NCBI GenBank assembly: GCA_951406725.2
Contig: OX597820.1
Coordinates: 88,288,001-88,352,000, forward strand
Source: Octopus vulgaris
Lineage: Eukaryota
Direction of reading: 5' to 3'
Length of the DNA stretch: 64,000 nt
The notes beneath the pieces are model-generated. The model was not told the origin of the DNA, made no database searches, and saw only the letters and a program-made list of their open reading frames with translations. Positions 38,774 through 52,809 of this stretch are shown piece by piece. The translations under genes and the position numbers were made by a program. How positions within the stretch are numbered: the stretch's first letter is position 1; each line of letters opens with the position of its first letter.

Positions 38774-39373
38774 CATATATGTGTGTGTCTAGATCTATGT
38801 GTATATATTTATGCGAGCATAATTGTCTGGGAGTTAGTTAAACAGATGTAACATATGTGTAAATATGTAAATATACGTGTATATATATATGTGTGTGTGA
38901 GTGCATGTGCGCGTATGTGTGTGTGTGCGTGCGTGCGTATGTGTGCGTGCATGTGTGAGTGTGTGTGTGTGTATGTATGTGTGCGCGCGCGTATGCCAGA
39001 TTCCAGGCTGTATTCTGGAAGAAATCCAAATGATCCCACCTCTCCTTGTTATTCTACATTGGACAGAGGAACGGATGGAAGTATAGCGGGTCGGTCGGAC
39101 GGTCGGTCTGTCGGTTGGTGGCTCGGACCAGCTGCCAAACATACAATATCAGCCGAACGTTCGTATAGCTCTACAAATTCTTTGATGTAAATAAACAACA
39201 GCAGCAGCAACAACAACAACAAATACAGTGTTATATACACAGGCAGAACAAACACTTATACACATCGAGGCATGAACATCCGATAAGAAAGAGTATAGAG
39301 ACGATGCAATCTTTAGTATCTAAATTGGATTAAGATGATGAAAATAGCCGGAACAGTGAAGAGATGGTTAAAT

Positions 39374-39446
<73 letters not shown>

Positions 39447-39472
39447 CATTATTATTATTATTATTATTATTA

Positions 39473-39548
<76 letters not shown>

Positions 39549-39756
39549 GGCGCCGAACTGGCAGAATCGTTAGCGCGCTGGACGAAATGCTTCGTTACTT
39601 TCTAAGTTCAAATTCCGCCGAGGTCGACTTTGTCTTTCATCCTTTCGCGAACGATAAATTAAGTAACTACCAGTTAAACATTGGGGTCGATGTAATCGAC
39701 TCATCCCCTACTTCAAAATGGCTGCCCTTGTGGCAAAATTATTATTATCATCATCA

Positions 39757-39793
<37 letters not shown>

Positions 39794-39797
<4 letters not shown>

Positions 39798-40095
39798 TAG
39801 TTTTATTTTTATAGCGTGCCCTCACTTCACTACCGAGCGCAGCTCTGTGTGCCTTGGGTATGTGCTGTGATTTGTTGTGATGCTCTGATGGTTATTGTAT
39901 GGAAAGTGTTCTGCGTAGGATGTGTGCAGTGCCTAGTAGTGCAATTTTCTGTATGTTATATGTGTTTGTAAGTCCTGGTGTTTTTGTTATGTATTTGTCT
40001 GAATATTTTTTTATCATGCCTAATGCACCTACTATGATAGGAATTGTTTCTGTTTTCAGATTCCACATTCTAGTTACCTCTATTTCCAGGTCTTT

Positions 40096-40099
<4 letters not shown>
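39794..40099 (-). mobile_element. 5'-truncated Dong/R4-clade non-LTR retrotransposon (RLE C-terminus plus 3' UTR) in (TAA)n
   Basis: Uninterrupted frame 40098-39892: YKDLEIEVTRMWNLKTETIPIIVGALGMIKKYSDKYITKTPGLTNTYNIQKIALLGTAHILRRTLSIQ*; flanked by (TAA)n; absent from copy A. Confidence 0.85.
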
Positions 40100-40161
<62 letters not shown>

Positions 40162-40189
40162 ATTATTATTATTATTATTATCATCATCA

Positions 40190-40224
<35 letters not shown>

Positions 40225-40273
40225 GTTATTATTATTATTATTATTATCATTATTATTATTATTATGATCATCA

Positions 40274-40325
<52 letters not shown>

Positions 40326-40327
40326 CA

Positions 40328-40364
<37 letters not shown>

Positions 40365-40384
40365 CATTATTATTATTATCATCA

Positions 40385-40466
<82 letters not shown>

Positions 40467-40474
40467 CATCATCA

Positions 40475-40549
<75 letters not shown>

Positions 40550-40577
40550 ATTATTATTATTATTATTATCATCATCA

Positions 40578-40612
<35 letters not shown>

Positions 40613-40661
40613 GTTATTATTATTATTATTATTATCATTATTATTATTATTATGATCATCA

Positions 40662-40716
<55 letters not shown>

Positions 40717-40718
40717 CA

Positions 40719-40755
<37 letters not shown>

Positions 40756-40775
40756 CATTATTATTATTATCATCA

Positions 40776-40854
<79 letters not shown>

Positions 40855-40862
40855 CATCATCA

Positions 40863-40934
<72 letters not shown>
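40097..40934. repeat. (TAT/CAT)n array containing a 388-bp higher-order duplication
   Basis: Same order of TAA, CAT, TGT and GAT interruptions starting at 40154 and 40542. Confidence 0.85.
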
Positions 40935-40935
<1 letters not shown>

Positions 40936-41515
40936 GGCAGCGAACTGGCAGAATCGTTAGCACACCGGGCGAAATGCTTAGCGGTATGTCGTCCGTCTCT
41001 AAAACGTTTGAGTTCAAATTCCGCTGAGGTTGACTCTGCCTTTCACCTTTCCGTGATCGATTAAATTAATTACCAGTGTTTCACTGGTAATTAATTTAAT
41101 CGACTCATTCCTTCCCCCCAAAATTGCTGTTCTTGTGGAAAATGGTTGGCCTGGTGCCAAAGTTTGAAACTATTATTCTTCGCACAAATTGTTGTCTGTG
41201 TTTGTGATGCTCCGCCCTCGTTTATGTACTTTTCACCCTTTCGGTGTCTATAAAATAAACCTGTCATGTATATGTGATTGTCTGCATGTGTCTGTATATG
41301 TGTGTGTGCATATGTGTGTGTTTTTGCGTATGTATGTGCATGTGTGTATGTGTGTATATGTGTGCGTATATGTATGTGTGTCGAGTGGATGCGGTGGTTG
41401 TGAGGAGATGCAGGGATGTGGGTATGAAGTTTTCTCAGTTCAATTTCTACAGTAACCGACTTTATTGTTATTCTTCTATGGTCAATAGTGTATATCTATA
41501 TTTAATTATATATCA

Positions 41516-41913
41516 CTAGCAGTATCGCCCGGCGTTGCTCGGGTTTGTAAGGGAAATAACTATATAAGCATTTTTAGAGAGTTATAGCCAAAAAATAGCA
41601 AAAAAGTGCATTAAAAATGGAAAAAAAATGATGGTAAATTTTTTTTTTAATCGTTGACTCATCGTAGGCACTTTTAGAGAGTTACTTCCCTTATATAATA
41701 GCGAAAAAATGCATTAAAATGGAAAATAATGATGGTAATTTTTTTTAAAAATCGTAGACTCATCGTAGACGCGCGCTAATACCCAGAAGGGCTCGATATG
41801 AATCACAACTATAAGATACCCAGTTTTGGTTAAACTGCACCGCAAAATGTGGGAGTAGTTAGGAATCTAAATCGTAGGAGACAGACACACAATTTGACTT
41901 TTATATATAAAGA
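41516..41913 (-). mobile_element. Non-autonomous Helitron, present only in copy B
   Basis: 5'-TC...hairpin...CTAG-3' inserted between A and T with no TSD; empty site TATCA|TTAGTG at ~29656-29666. Confidence 0.93.
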
Positions 41914-42770
41914 TTAGTGTGAGTTTAGAGGGATATATTATTCCGGGTAGATACCGTGGTAGCTCTCAGTTATGTTCCAGGCTACGGCTAATCGCATCGA
42001 TTAGTATTTGTGGAAGCACATGGCCTAGTGGTTAGAGCAGCGGACTCGCGGTCGAGGGATCGCGGGTTCGAATCTCAGACCGGGCGATGTGTGTGTTTAT
42101 GAGCGAAACACCTAAGCTCCACGCGGCTCCGGCAGAAGGTAATGCCGAAATTCTGCTGACTCTCTCGCCACAACTTACTCTCACTCTTTCCTCCTGCATC
42201 TTGCAGCCCACCTGCGACGGACCGGGAAACCCGCCTTATGAGCCAGGCATGGCTCGAGAAGGAACAAACAACATCGATTAGTATTTATCGTTTATGACTA
42301 CTAGGAGTTTGTCACTCCCGCTGTAAATTCCTCCACTGAGTAATTCCGTGTTCGCTTCACTGGATGGTAGTATTATATGGAGTGCATATTAGCAATAGCT
42401 ATAACGATAGTTCATTTTGATCCAAGCTGGTTGAAAGACCCTGAATAAAGCTGCACAGGAATTTATGCCCAGTTTCATATGGAACTGCACATTCTCCCTG
42501 CAGTCGAAACACATGTGGGTCGTTGTAACCATAAAAATATGCTGTATGACACTGTAAAATAAATGAAAATGAATTTTGAGGATGTACCAGTCTCCATATT
42601 TTCTATTGTTTTAATCATTTGGCTGTGTGGTAAGTAACTTGCTTACCACCACATGGTTCTGGGTTCAGTCCCACTGCATGACACCTTGGGTAAGTGTCTT
42701 CTGCTATTGCTTCGGGCCGACCAAAACCTTGTGAGTGGATTTGGTAGACAGAAACTGAAAGAAGCCCGTC

Positions 42771-42811
<41 letters not shown>

Positions 42812-44657
42812 GTTTGTGTGTCTGTGTTTGTCCCCCCAGCACCATCGCTTGACAACCGATGCTGGTATGTTTACGTCCCCGTAACTTAGCGGATCGGCAA
42901 AAGTGACCGATAGAATAATTACTAGACTTACAAAGTTTTAGTTCTGGGGTCGATTTGTTCGAGCATGGTCGCAGTCAAATGACTGAAGCAAATAAAAGAG
43001 TAAAAGAGTAAATATGTATTTATTACATTTTGACTACTGAAATAATTAGAGGCGACAGAATCAATTAATTACTGCCTTTAAAAACAAACCTCATTATCAT
43101 AGGCATACTTAGAACAGAGGCCCTGTATTTAGGTTCAGCTCATTTTAACGAGAAGTCCCTCGTTCATTTAATGTCATCAGTGGTGCATTACCATCCGTCA
43201 CCGTTTTAACAGATAAGTCCGTCTACCTCAAAGAGAAAAACGCAAGTCAGTTTGTTGGTATCATTCATCAGGAGGCGCAATGGCCCAGTGGTTAGGGCAG
43301 CGGACTCGCGGTCATAGGATCGCGGTTTCGATTCCCAGACCGGGCGTTGTGAGTGTTTATTGAGCGAAAACACCTAAAGCTCCACGAGGCTCCGGCAGGG
43401 GATGGTGGTGATCCCTGCTGTACTCTTTCACCACAACTTTCTCTCACTCTTACTTCCTGTTTCTGTTGTACCTGTATTTCAAAGGGCTGGCCTTGTCACT
43501 CTTTGTGTCACGCTGAATATCCCCGAGAACTACGTTAAGGGTACACATGTCTGTGGAGTGCTCAGCCACTTACACGTGAATTTCACGAGCAGGCTGTTCC
43601 GTTGATTCGGATCAACCGGAACCCTCGTCGTCGTAACCGACGGAGTGCTTCCATCCATTATTCATCACCATAAGTAGTGAGAGCATAATGAAATTGACGA
43701 GTGATTCATTGGGTTGTGGAAAGGTTAACAAAAGTGAATGGAGTCATTTTAATCATTTAGTCATCAAGCACGAGCGACGGCAAATTTACATGATGAGGCG
43801 GAATGAGGCTGGAATAATGTTAAGACCTGTCAGGAATTTTTTTTTTCTTTTGCCTGTGCTTCTAAAATAGGTAAAATAATACTAGTATTTTCTCACTAAT
43901 TAACTGTCTCCAATTAGATATACGATACTCATTAAGTTACATTACATTGCATACGTCATCAACAGTTATATTGTTTTACATTTGGATAATGGTCTCTGAA
44001 TAATTAACCCAAGTAATTGCTTTTTTTTTTAGTATTTAGCCAACGCTGTGCATGAGTATGTGTGTGTGTGTGCGTGCATGAGTATGTGTGTGTGTGTGTG
44101 TGTGTGTGAATGAGTATGTGTGTGTGTGTGTGCATGAGTATGTGTGTGTGTGTGTGCATGAGTATGTGTGTGTGCGTGCATGAGTATGTGTGTGCGTGCG
44201 TGCATGAGTATGTGTGTGTGTGTGTGCGTGCATGAGTATGTGTGTGTGTGTGTGTGTGTGTGCATGAGTATGTGTGTGTGTGCGTGCATGAGTATGTGTG
44301 TGTGTGTGCGTGCATGAGTATGTGTGTGTGTGTGTGCATGAGTATGTGTGTGTGTGTGTAATTGTGTGCGTAGGTGGGGGTTTATGTTTATGTGAGCGTG
44401 TTTATGTGTTAATTATCTAATCGCTGTCAGTTTGAACGTAATATCTGAACAGCAGGTGTCATGTATCTGATATGATTCCATTGTTCTGTCACCACCTTCT
44501 TTAACACCTGGGCTGATGGCACAGAATTCGGGGTTTGTTTAATACATACATTCTTACATACTTACATATTGGCATATTCATGCATATACACGTACATACG
44601 CGCGCACGCACGCACAAAAACACGTTAAACTATGCGTGATATATTTTTGTCAAGATA

Positions 44658-44689
<32 letters not shown>

Positions 44690-44730
44690 TGTGTGTGTAT
44701 GTATGTGTGTGTGTGTATGTGTGTGTGTGT

Positions 44731-44777
<47 letters not shown>

Positions 44778-45095
44778 CTGAGTATTCGGCTCACGGTCGT
44801 ATGTTCGTGAGTTCAATTCCCGGCAACGCGTTGTGTCCTTGAGCAAGTCACTTTATTTCACGTTGCTCCAGTCCACTCAGCTGGCAAAAATGATTTGTAC
44901 CTGTATTTCAAAGGGCCAACCTTGTCACACTCTATGTCACGCGGAATCTCCATGAGAACTACGTGAAGGATACACGTGTCTGTGGAGTGCTCAGCCACTC
45001 GAACGTTAATTTCGTGAGCTGTTCCGTTGATCGGATCAACTGGAACCGTCGCCAACGTAACCGACTGAGTGCCAATATATATATATATATATATA

Positions 45096-45271
45096 TTCCT
45101 CCGTCTTCCCTTCTCTGGATCTTTCCTTTTCCCATGTTTCTGACGAAGAGCTCCGCTCGAAACGTAAAACCCTCCTTCTTCCCTTCCTTCCTGAGCGTCC
45201 AATAATACTATATTTGTTCCACGTCCTCGCGTTGTTGTGTTTTCTCTTTGTGTTTTCATGTTTGGATTAAC

Positions 45272-45272
<1 letters not shown>
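45096..45272 (+). mobile_element. Family H1 hammerhead-bearing element (motif at 45136-45170)
   Basis: Counterpart of 32861-33037. Confidence 0.75.
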
Positions 45273-45342
<70 letters not shown>

Positions 45343-45575
45343 CTGTGGGAATATGAACTTCGCTTTGCAATCTCAAGATTTCATGTCTTTCAACATGGTA
45401 CCCTTTTTTTTTTATCCAACTGCTTCAGTCAAGGTTGATCAAGTTCCAGCTTGCATTCCAGCAACAACAGGGCACAAGTCTTTTTCCCACCCCATCCGAA
45501 TCTCTATTGCTGTGGTCTCTGATGCCTCTGTGATGAAACTTATGTTCCCACTCAGTCTTACATACATAGGTACAT

Positions 45576-45785
<210 letters not shown>

Positions 45786-46005
45786 TAACATAAACACCAG
45801 ACAGCAATGTTTCACCAAAATGAGAATTATAATTGTCACTAAATGCGACTAGGATGTTAAGAAAAACCTACATTGCTAGAAATACGAGATTAAAATGGTC
45901 TAATGCTGTAGTTAACGCACATGAACAAAACCATATACATTAACAGGGCCCTGAATCATCTGAAAATGCCGATCAGGAATCATATATATATATATTCATA
46001 AACCT

Positions 46006-46055
<50 letters not shown>

Positions 46056-46309
46056 GAGACAAAACCACTATTTTAAAACCAAACAAGAAAAGACTTAATC
46101 AATAGATAAAATTTTAATATAAATTAAATAAACCGCCACAACAATTGTTTCATTTATATTAAAATTTTATGTATTGATTAAGTCTTTTCTTGTTTGGTTT
46201 TAAAATAGTGGTTTTGTCTCGAATTATATTATATAATATTTTTCTATAAAATTGGATTTAACCCTAAATCTGAGTTTTCCCTGTAATTTTGGATTCATTC
46301 CCTAATATT

Positions 46310-46388
<79 letters not shown>

Positions 46389-47013
46389 CATACGTGTCCG
46401 TGTATATGCATGTATATGTATGTGTGTTTGTCTGTCTGTATGTATGTATGTATGTTTACACTACAATTTACACTTCTTGCCAAAGATATTTCATGTGCGG
46501 AAGAAAAATCTTATAAAATTATTATTAGTGAAATAGGTCAGTCACTTTGTAGAAGTCTGAAGTAGATAACATTTCCTTTCACTTATCTATTTATCTATTT
46601 CTTTCTTTCATTCCTTCCTTCCTTCCTTCTTTCCTTCTTATCTATTTTTTTTTTTTATCTGTCTATTTATTTAATTATTTATTTACCTTAGCTCTTTTAT
46701 TGTTGCAGTTGTGTTTTGGCTTTGTAGTGTTTCTGGGTTGTTGCTTTTCGTCAACTGAAATATACTTAATTTATAAATAAACAGATCAAAATAAACTGAA
46801 AGATTTCGGGGGGGGGGAAAAACAAAGATCAGATGTAAACAATCAGTGAAGCAATTATTTTTATTATTATTCTGATGATGTTGTTGTGGTTGTTGTTGGT
46901 GTTGTTGTTAAGAGGAAACAGTGAAGTTAATATGAGATTCTAACATCTGCCAGCTATTATAGATAACAATATATATATATATATATAAATATATATAGAT
47001 GTATATATATATG

Positions 47014-47046
<33 letters not shown>

Positions 47047-47053
47047 ATGCATA

Positions 47054-47085
<32 letters not shown>

Positions 47086-47436
47086 GACATTCATACATAT
47101 TTGTGTGCGTACAAGTATATATATATATATATATACATATATATATACACACATACACATATATATACATACATACATACATACATACATACATAATACA
47201 TATATACATGCATACATATGCACACACACGCACACACACACACACACACGCATACACACACACACTCGCACATACACACGTGTGCGCTCACACACATACA
47301 TATATACAGATATATAGGAAGAAATATGCTCTGGTCAAATCTGAGGACTGAAGAGCAATGGGTTCTGCCAGGTCTTGAAATATCCAAAAATACACTGGAT
47401 ATCGTGACGGTGTTCCTACGAATGTACGAAGGCATG

Positions 47437-47760
47437 GTTTAATAGCCCTCACCGTTTGTTGTTAGTGTCTTGTTTTCACTGTCCTGTTTTTGTTACCACA
47501 TTCACACCCCGCAAAAAATCCCAAATTTTATTTGCTTTGCGGGAAGGACTGTTTTAACGAAGTCACATCTTGTCCTTACCTTCGGAACACGGAGTAGATA
47601 AAATAGGAGATAACTGATGAAGGGAATGTTCTTTATGATGCATATCTCGTTTCTCTGTTCGTTTTTTTTTGTTGTTTGAAAAAAAGTTCGTTATCTATGT
47701 TTTTATTTTTTTATGTTCCCCTTTCTCATTCTGTCCACATTTTTTGATGTCCTGCACCCA
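47437..47760. other. Unclassified segment specific to copy B, probably an interspersed repeat
   Basis: Occupies the position held in copy A by (TA)n plus the H1 element. Confidence 0.5.
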
Positions 47761-48469
47761 TATATGCATGTGTATACACATATGCATGTGTATACACATA
47801 TGCATGTGTATACACATATGCATGTGCATATACATATATGCACACATATGCATATACACATACATATATATCACAAGCCAACCCCTTCTTATCGCTACAC
47901 CCATACCTTCTATGCACGTATACACCACTCCGTTTCCACTTCACTTGCTAACTCCCCACTGGAACTGCATTCACACAAGACGTCTAACCTCTTTGTCCTT
48001 ATGCCGAACCACATTTCTCAATGTTTTTTCTTTTCTAGAACACTTTTACTATTGTTTTATTTTCCTGATGATGGACTAGTGTCCGGAACATCAAGACTCT
48101 TTCTCTTCTTTTTAAACGTTAACTTAATTACATCTTTTAAAACTTGTCCTTCCTGTGTTTTCTTCCTTTTGTATCCATTATTTAATTACACACACACATA
48201 AGCATATATTTGTGCGTTAAGGTAAAAATTCACATTTCGATATAGGTCTCTAAAATAAGTTCCAAACTAAAATAATTACCTTAATTTATATAACAGCCAA
48301 AAGCTTTTCAAATTCTGCTCCAGCGTGACTGCAGTCTATCGACTGCCGTCTCTGAAAGAATAGAGTTTCATATGTGCGTGCGTGTGCATGTGTGCGTATG
48401 TGTGTGTTTGTGTGTGTGTGTGTATGTGTGCGTGTGTGTGTACGCGTGTTTGTATAGCTCTGTTTCTCT

Positions 48470-48630
48470 GAATCACCAAGACAGAGCGCCTCCTTTTTCT
48501 CTTATTGCATCTTTCTTTTGCACCTTTGGCCGAAATCGTTTTGCTAAATCGTTTTCCCCTCATCTTGGAGGTCTTCCGCGTGGCCTTTGCCGAGCTCTTG
48601 GCTACCACTCACCAATTGCATGGTCCACTT
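48470..48630 (-). mobile_element. Degenerate RTE LINE 3' fragment
   Basis: Minus frame EW*PRARQRPRGRPPR* resembles the RTE C-terminal W.P...RPRGRP motif. Confidence 0.45.
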
Positions 48631-48631
48631 G

Positions 48632-48701
<70 letters not shown>

Positions 48702-49024
48702 GGTACATTATATCAACAAAAGAGAGAAATATATCGTGTACTTAAGTGATTTCTTTTTGCTTTTTTGTAATTAAAATTTCATTTCATTGTGATAATCAGA
48801 ACTGCAAATGGTAAATATCTGATGGTCCGAAGCAGCAGAAATAGCAGTTGCTAAAATGCCAACATCAGCAGAACAACGAAACAAAGTAACCAAGAAATTA
48901 AACTTCAATTTAGAAACATGGGATGTAAAACAGGAATTATCCAAAAAGTATATGAAAATCAAGTAATAACATGGCATCTACGTACATTCAGTATTATTTT
49001 TCATCTTTTTTAATCACTCTTTTC

Positions 49025-49809
49025 TCTATATATAAAACTGAAATGCGTTTTTACCGCTTGGATCGCTTTCAATGCCACTACATCCCGTCCGATTCGCTCC
49101 AAAATTTACAGGGACATGTAGAATGAGGTGACGATGCCCGTGGGCTACCTTAGAAATCCCTATCTTAAAAGGTGTGGTTGCTAGGGGCCATCTTCCTCAC
49201 TCACGCTATTTCCTCCATTACCCTCTCACTCCCCTTCATATATAACTTTGACAAGTCCACTCCCGTTATTTAATGTATCTTTCTAAACTCACTCTCGCTA
49301 TTTCCTCTCTTTTTCACTCACTCTGTTTCCTACCATCCTATCACTTCGGCGTTCTTTTATGTATCTGTCTGTCACCAACAACACACGAGCATGAGAACAA
49401 ATATTATGAATCAGATATTCTTGCGTTCATTTATATGTGTGTGTGTGTGTGTGTTCTATATATAAATATGTATATATAATGTATGTGTGTGTGTGTGTGT
49501 GTGTTCTATATATAAATTTGTATATATAATGTATATATACAAAGTGTATATATCTATTTTTATGTATATTAAACTTTTTCATACTTTTTCATAGTTATAT
49601 ATAGTTTTAAACAAATTATAAATATGATTTAATAATTTTTATTTTCAATTTAAATAATTTAAATTTTTCAATTTTATATTTTCTATATTTTCTATATTAT
49701 ATTTGTTTTTGGTTTTTCACTGTTTGATTTGCCTATTAGTGGTTTTATCTGTAATTTAATTTATATAGATATATATCTCATTTGTATACATTTGCATATA
49801 TAATGCGTG

Positions 49810-49879
<70 letters not shown>

Positions 49880-51065
49880 GTGTGCATTACGTAGTCGGTC
49901 GATTCAGCTGAAAATATGCACACCTATGTTAAAAGTGCTGGCAAGTTTGCATGACAACTATTTTTTTCCTCAAATGAAAGGCGTCACCTCTAGGACAAAA
50001 TTCATCATCTTATAAAATGTGGGCCCAGTAGACCCGAATGAAATCGGGTTATATTAACCAAAATGTGAAAAGGGGTCTAAATGGGGCTGGAAGGGGATTA
50101 AAATTTCAAGGAGCGGGTGTTTAGGAATTCTCTGTTACATCAAGCTAAAAAATTTGCGCCAGCCTTTTAATCGTCAATGTGTTGCCGTCCATGATGAAGT
50201 TTTGAATGCTTGCCATGGTGAGTCTACTGTCGTGAGAAAGAATCACTTCAAATATTGGTGTTTACGAATTTTCTTTTACATTAAGTTCAAAATTTTACGC
50301 CAGCCGTTAAACTGTCAATACGTTGCTATCCGTCGTTAAGAAATGCCAGCCATGGTGACTCTACTATCCTCAGATTCTATCCCTTCAAACTTTGGTTTCC
50401 TATATTTTATTATCTTTATTCAGCTCGCAAGTTTGTATGTCCCTTTTAAATGTTAGCGTTTTGCTGTCTGCCTTGAAGCAGACCTTTCCGTTGCCACTGC
50501 CTGATATTTATGATTGATCTTTCTAAATATTTTATTTCTCAACTTACTCAAGATCTTCTGTTGTTTATAAATGGGAGATAGATAGATAAAGATAGAGAGT
50601 AAGAGAAAGCGAGGGAGAGTCCGAGAGAAAAGAAAAGTAAGAGAGTGGGAAGTGAGAGAGAAAGGAGAGAGAAACAAAGACGGAGAATCATCGTCATCAT
50701 CATCGTTTAATGTCCGTTTTCCGTGCTAGCACGGGTTGGACAGTGTGACCGGGGTCTAGGAAGCCAGGAGGCTGCACCAGGCTCCAGTCTGATCTGGCAG
50801 TGTTTCTACAGGTGGATGACCTTCCTAACGCGAACCACTCTGTGATTGTAGTGGGTGCTTTTTTCGTGCCGCAGTCACAGGTGCCAGGGGGGCTCGCTGC
50901 AGCAACGATCGGTTGGTGCTTTTTACGTGCCACCGGCACAGAAACAAGTCAAGGCGGCGCTGCAATCGGCCACGTTCGGATGGTGCTTTTTACGTGCTGA
51001 AAGGAAGCAACAGAAAGTAACAACCACACTCTTACCCGCGCGTAGAGCGGGTCACCTTCAGCTAG
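49025..51065 (+). mobile_element. Probable ~2-kb non-autonomous Helitron
   Basis: TCTATATATAAAACTG start like the other Helitrons; 3' hairpin ACCCGC-GCGTAGA-GCGGGT then CTAG. Confidence 0.6.
50688..51000 (-). mobile_element. Retroelement 3' fragment with (GAT)n tail (RTE-like), nested
   Basis: Minus strand ends ...GGACATTAAACGATGATGATGACGATGAT; short internal repeats GGTGCTTTT.ACGTGC. Confidence 0.55.
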
Positions 51066-51456
51066 TCTATATATATAAAGCTGAAGTTATCTGTGTGTGG
51101 CAGGTTTGGTAGCCTTCAACTAACACTATCTCCTCCGAAACCCTGCGGCGCAACTTGACCAAAATTGAGAGTAGGATAGAAGAAGGCTTGCTCTTCATTC
51201 CGTAGAAGATAAAATTAAAATCGGACCATGTTAAGACCAAACAATTTTTACATCAAAAAGGTGATTTTTCTCTATGAAAATCTTTATTTTTTTCGATTTT
51301 TTGACAGCTGTGTCGCCATTTTTCGGTGTATTTCAACCAGAAAAATGTTCACTTGAAGAGAATAACAAAGCTACATAATGCAAAATTTTTACTTTTCAAA
51401 AATTCCAATTCTAAAAGGTCGAAACAAACCCGAGCAACGCCGGGCGATACTGCTAG
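51066..51456 (+). mobile_element. Non-autonomous Helitron directly abutting the previous one
   Basis: TCTATATATATAAAG start; 3' end CAAACCCGAGCAACGCCGGGCGATACTGCTAG|T identical to 15470-16004. Confidence 0.85.
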
Positions 51457-51908
51457 TTATAAAATATTGTTGTCATAGTTGGGCTGGTAATTCTTTTTGT
51501 TTCTTTTTTCTCTTTGATCAAGTCTTAACACAAATTTCTAACAATAATGGGCTTATTTTGGCAGCTAAAATTCTACATCTCTCTCATTGCCAAGACATTG
51601 TGTCATTATCTCTGTTCTATAAATAATTCCATGGTCGTTGTTTTGCCGAACTTCTATTGTACCTCCTCTTCAGGTTATTAAATGAGCGATCCGTCTCTCT
51701 CAGATGAAGTATATATGTACTAATGTTAGAAATATATAGAATTTTTAACGAGCGTTGTGGATTGGTAGCATCGTTAGAGCGGGAGACAAAATACATTGTA
51801 GATTTTGATTACCACGTTTTGCGTCTGAGTTCAAATTCAACAAAGGTCAACTTTGTCTTTCATCATTCTGAAGGTTGATAAAAATAAAAATATCCGCAAA
51901 GTACTAAA

Positions 51909-52505
51909 GGCGGCGAGCTGGCAGAAACGTTAGCACGCCGGGCGAAATGCGTAGCCATATTTCGTCTGCCGTTACGTTCTGAGTTCAAATTCCGCCGAGG
52001 ACGACTTTGCCTTTCAACCTTTCGGGGTCGATAAATTAAGTACCAGTTACGCACTGGGGTCGATATAATCGACTTAGTCCGTTTGTCTGTCCTTGTTTGT
52101 CCCCTCTGTGTTTAGCCCCTTGTGGGTAAAAGAAATAGGTATTTCGTTTGCTGCTACGTTCTGAGTTCAAATTCCGCCGCGGTCGACTTTGCCTTTCATC
52201 CTTTCGGGGTCGATTAAATAAGTACCATTTACGCACTGGGGTCGATATAATTGACTTAATCCGCTTGTCTGTCCTTGTTTGTCCCTTCTGTGTTTAGCCC
52301 CTTGTGCGTAGTAAAGAAATAGGTATATCGCCTATTTTTAAATCTCACAACGTGAGATATTCGTCTGTCTTTACGTTCTGAGTTCAAATTCCTCCGAGGT
52401 TGGCTTTGCCTTTCATTCTTCCGGGGTCGATAAATTAAGTACCAGTTGTGTACTGGAGTTGATCTAATCGACTGGCCCCCTCCCAAAAATTTCGGGCCTT
52501 GTGCT
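51909..52505 (+). mobile_element. Tandem trimer of SINE family A
   Basis: Units 51909-52137, 52138-52321 and 52322-52505; both junctions read AGAAATA|GGTAT. Confidence 0.88.
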
Positions 52506-52809
52506 AGGGAGAATTTAATTTCCTGTAGGTTTTTTCTTAAAATGTGTGGTCGTATGTCAATGTTAAATAATATATATTATTTCAATCACGGACTATTACT
52601 ACAACGGGGCCTCTCGGGCAAGCGAAGCAGAGCAATGCTGTTGCCCGATCGACGAAAAATAGTAACCAAAACGTCCTTCAAATCACACTCCACAACCATT
52701 AAAGAGAGGAGAGAATCACTGACGGGCGATAACAGTTAGGTACAGCCATCCGAACTGCCAGATAACATGGTTTCGTCCTCTGGCCTTGTCAATGACTGAC
52801 TGACTAACT

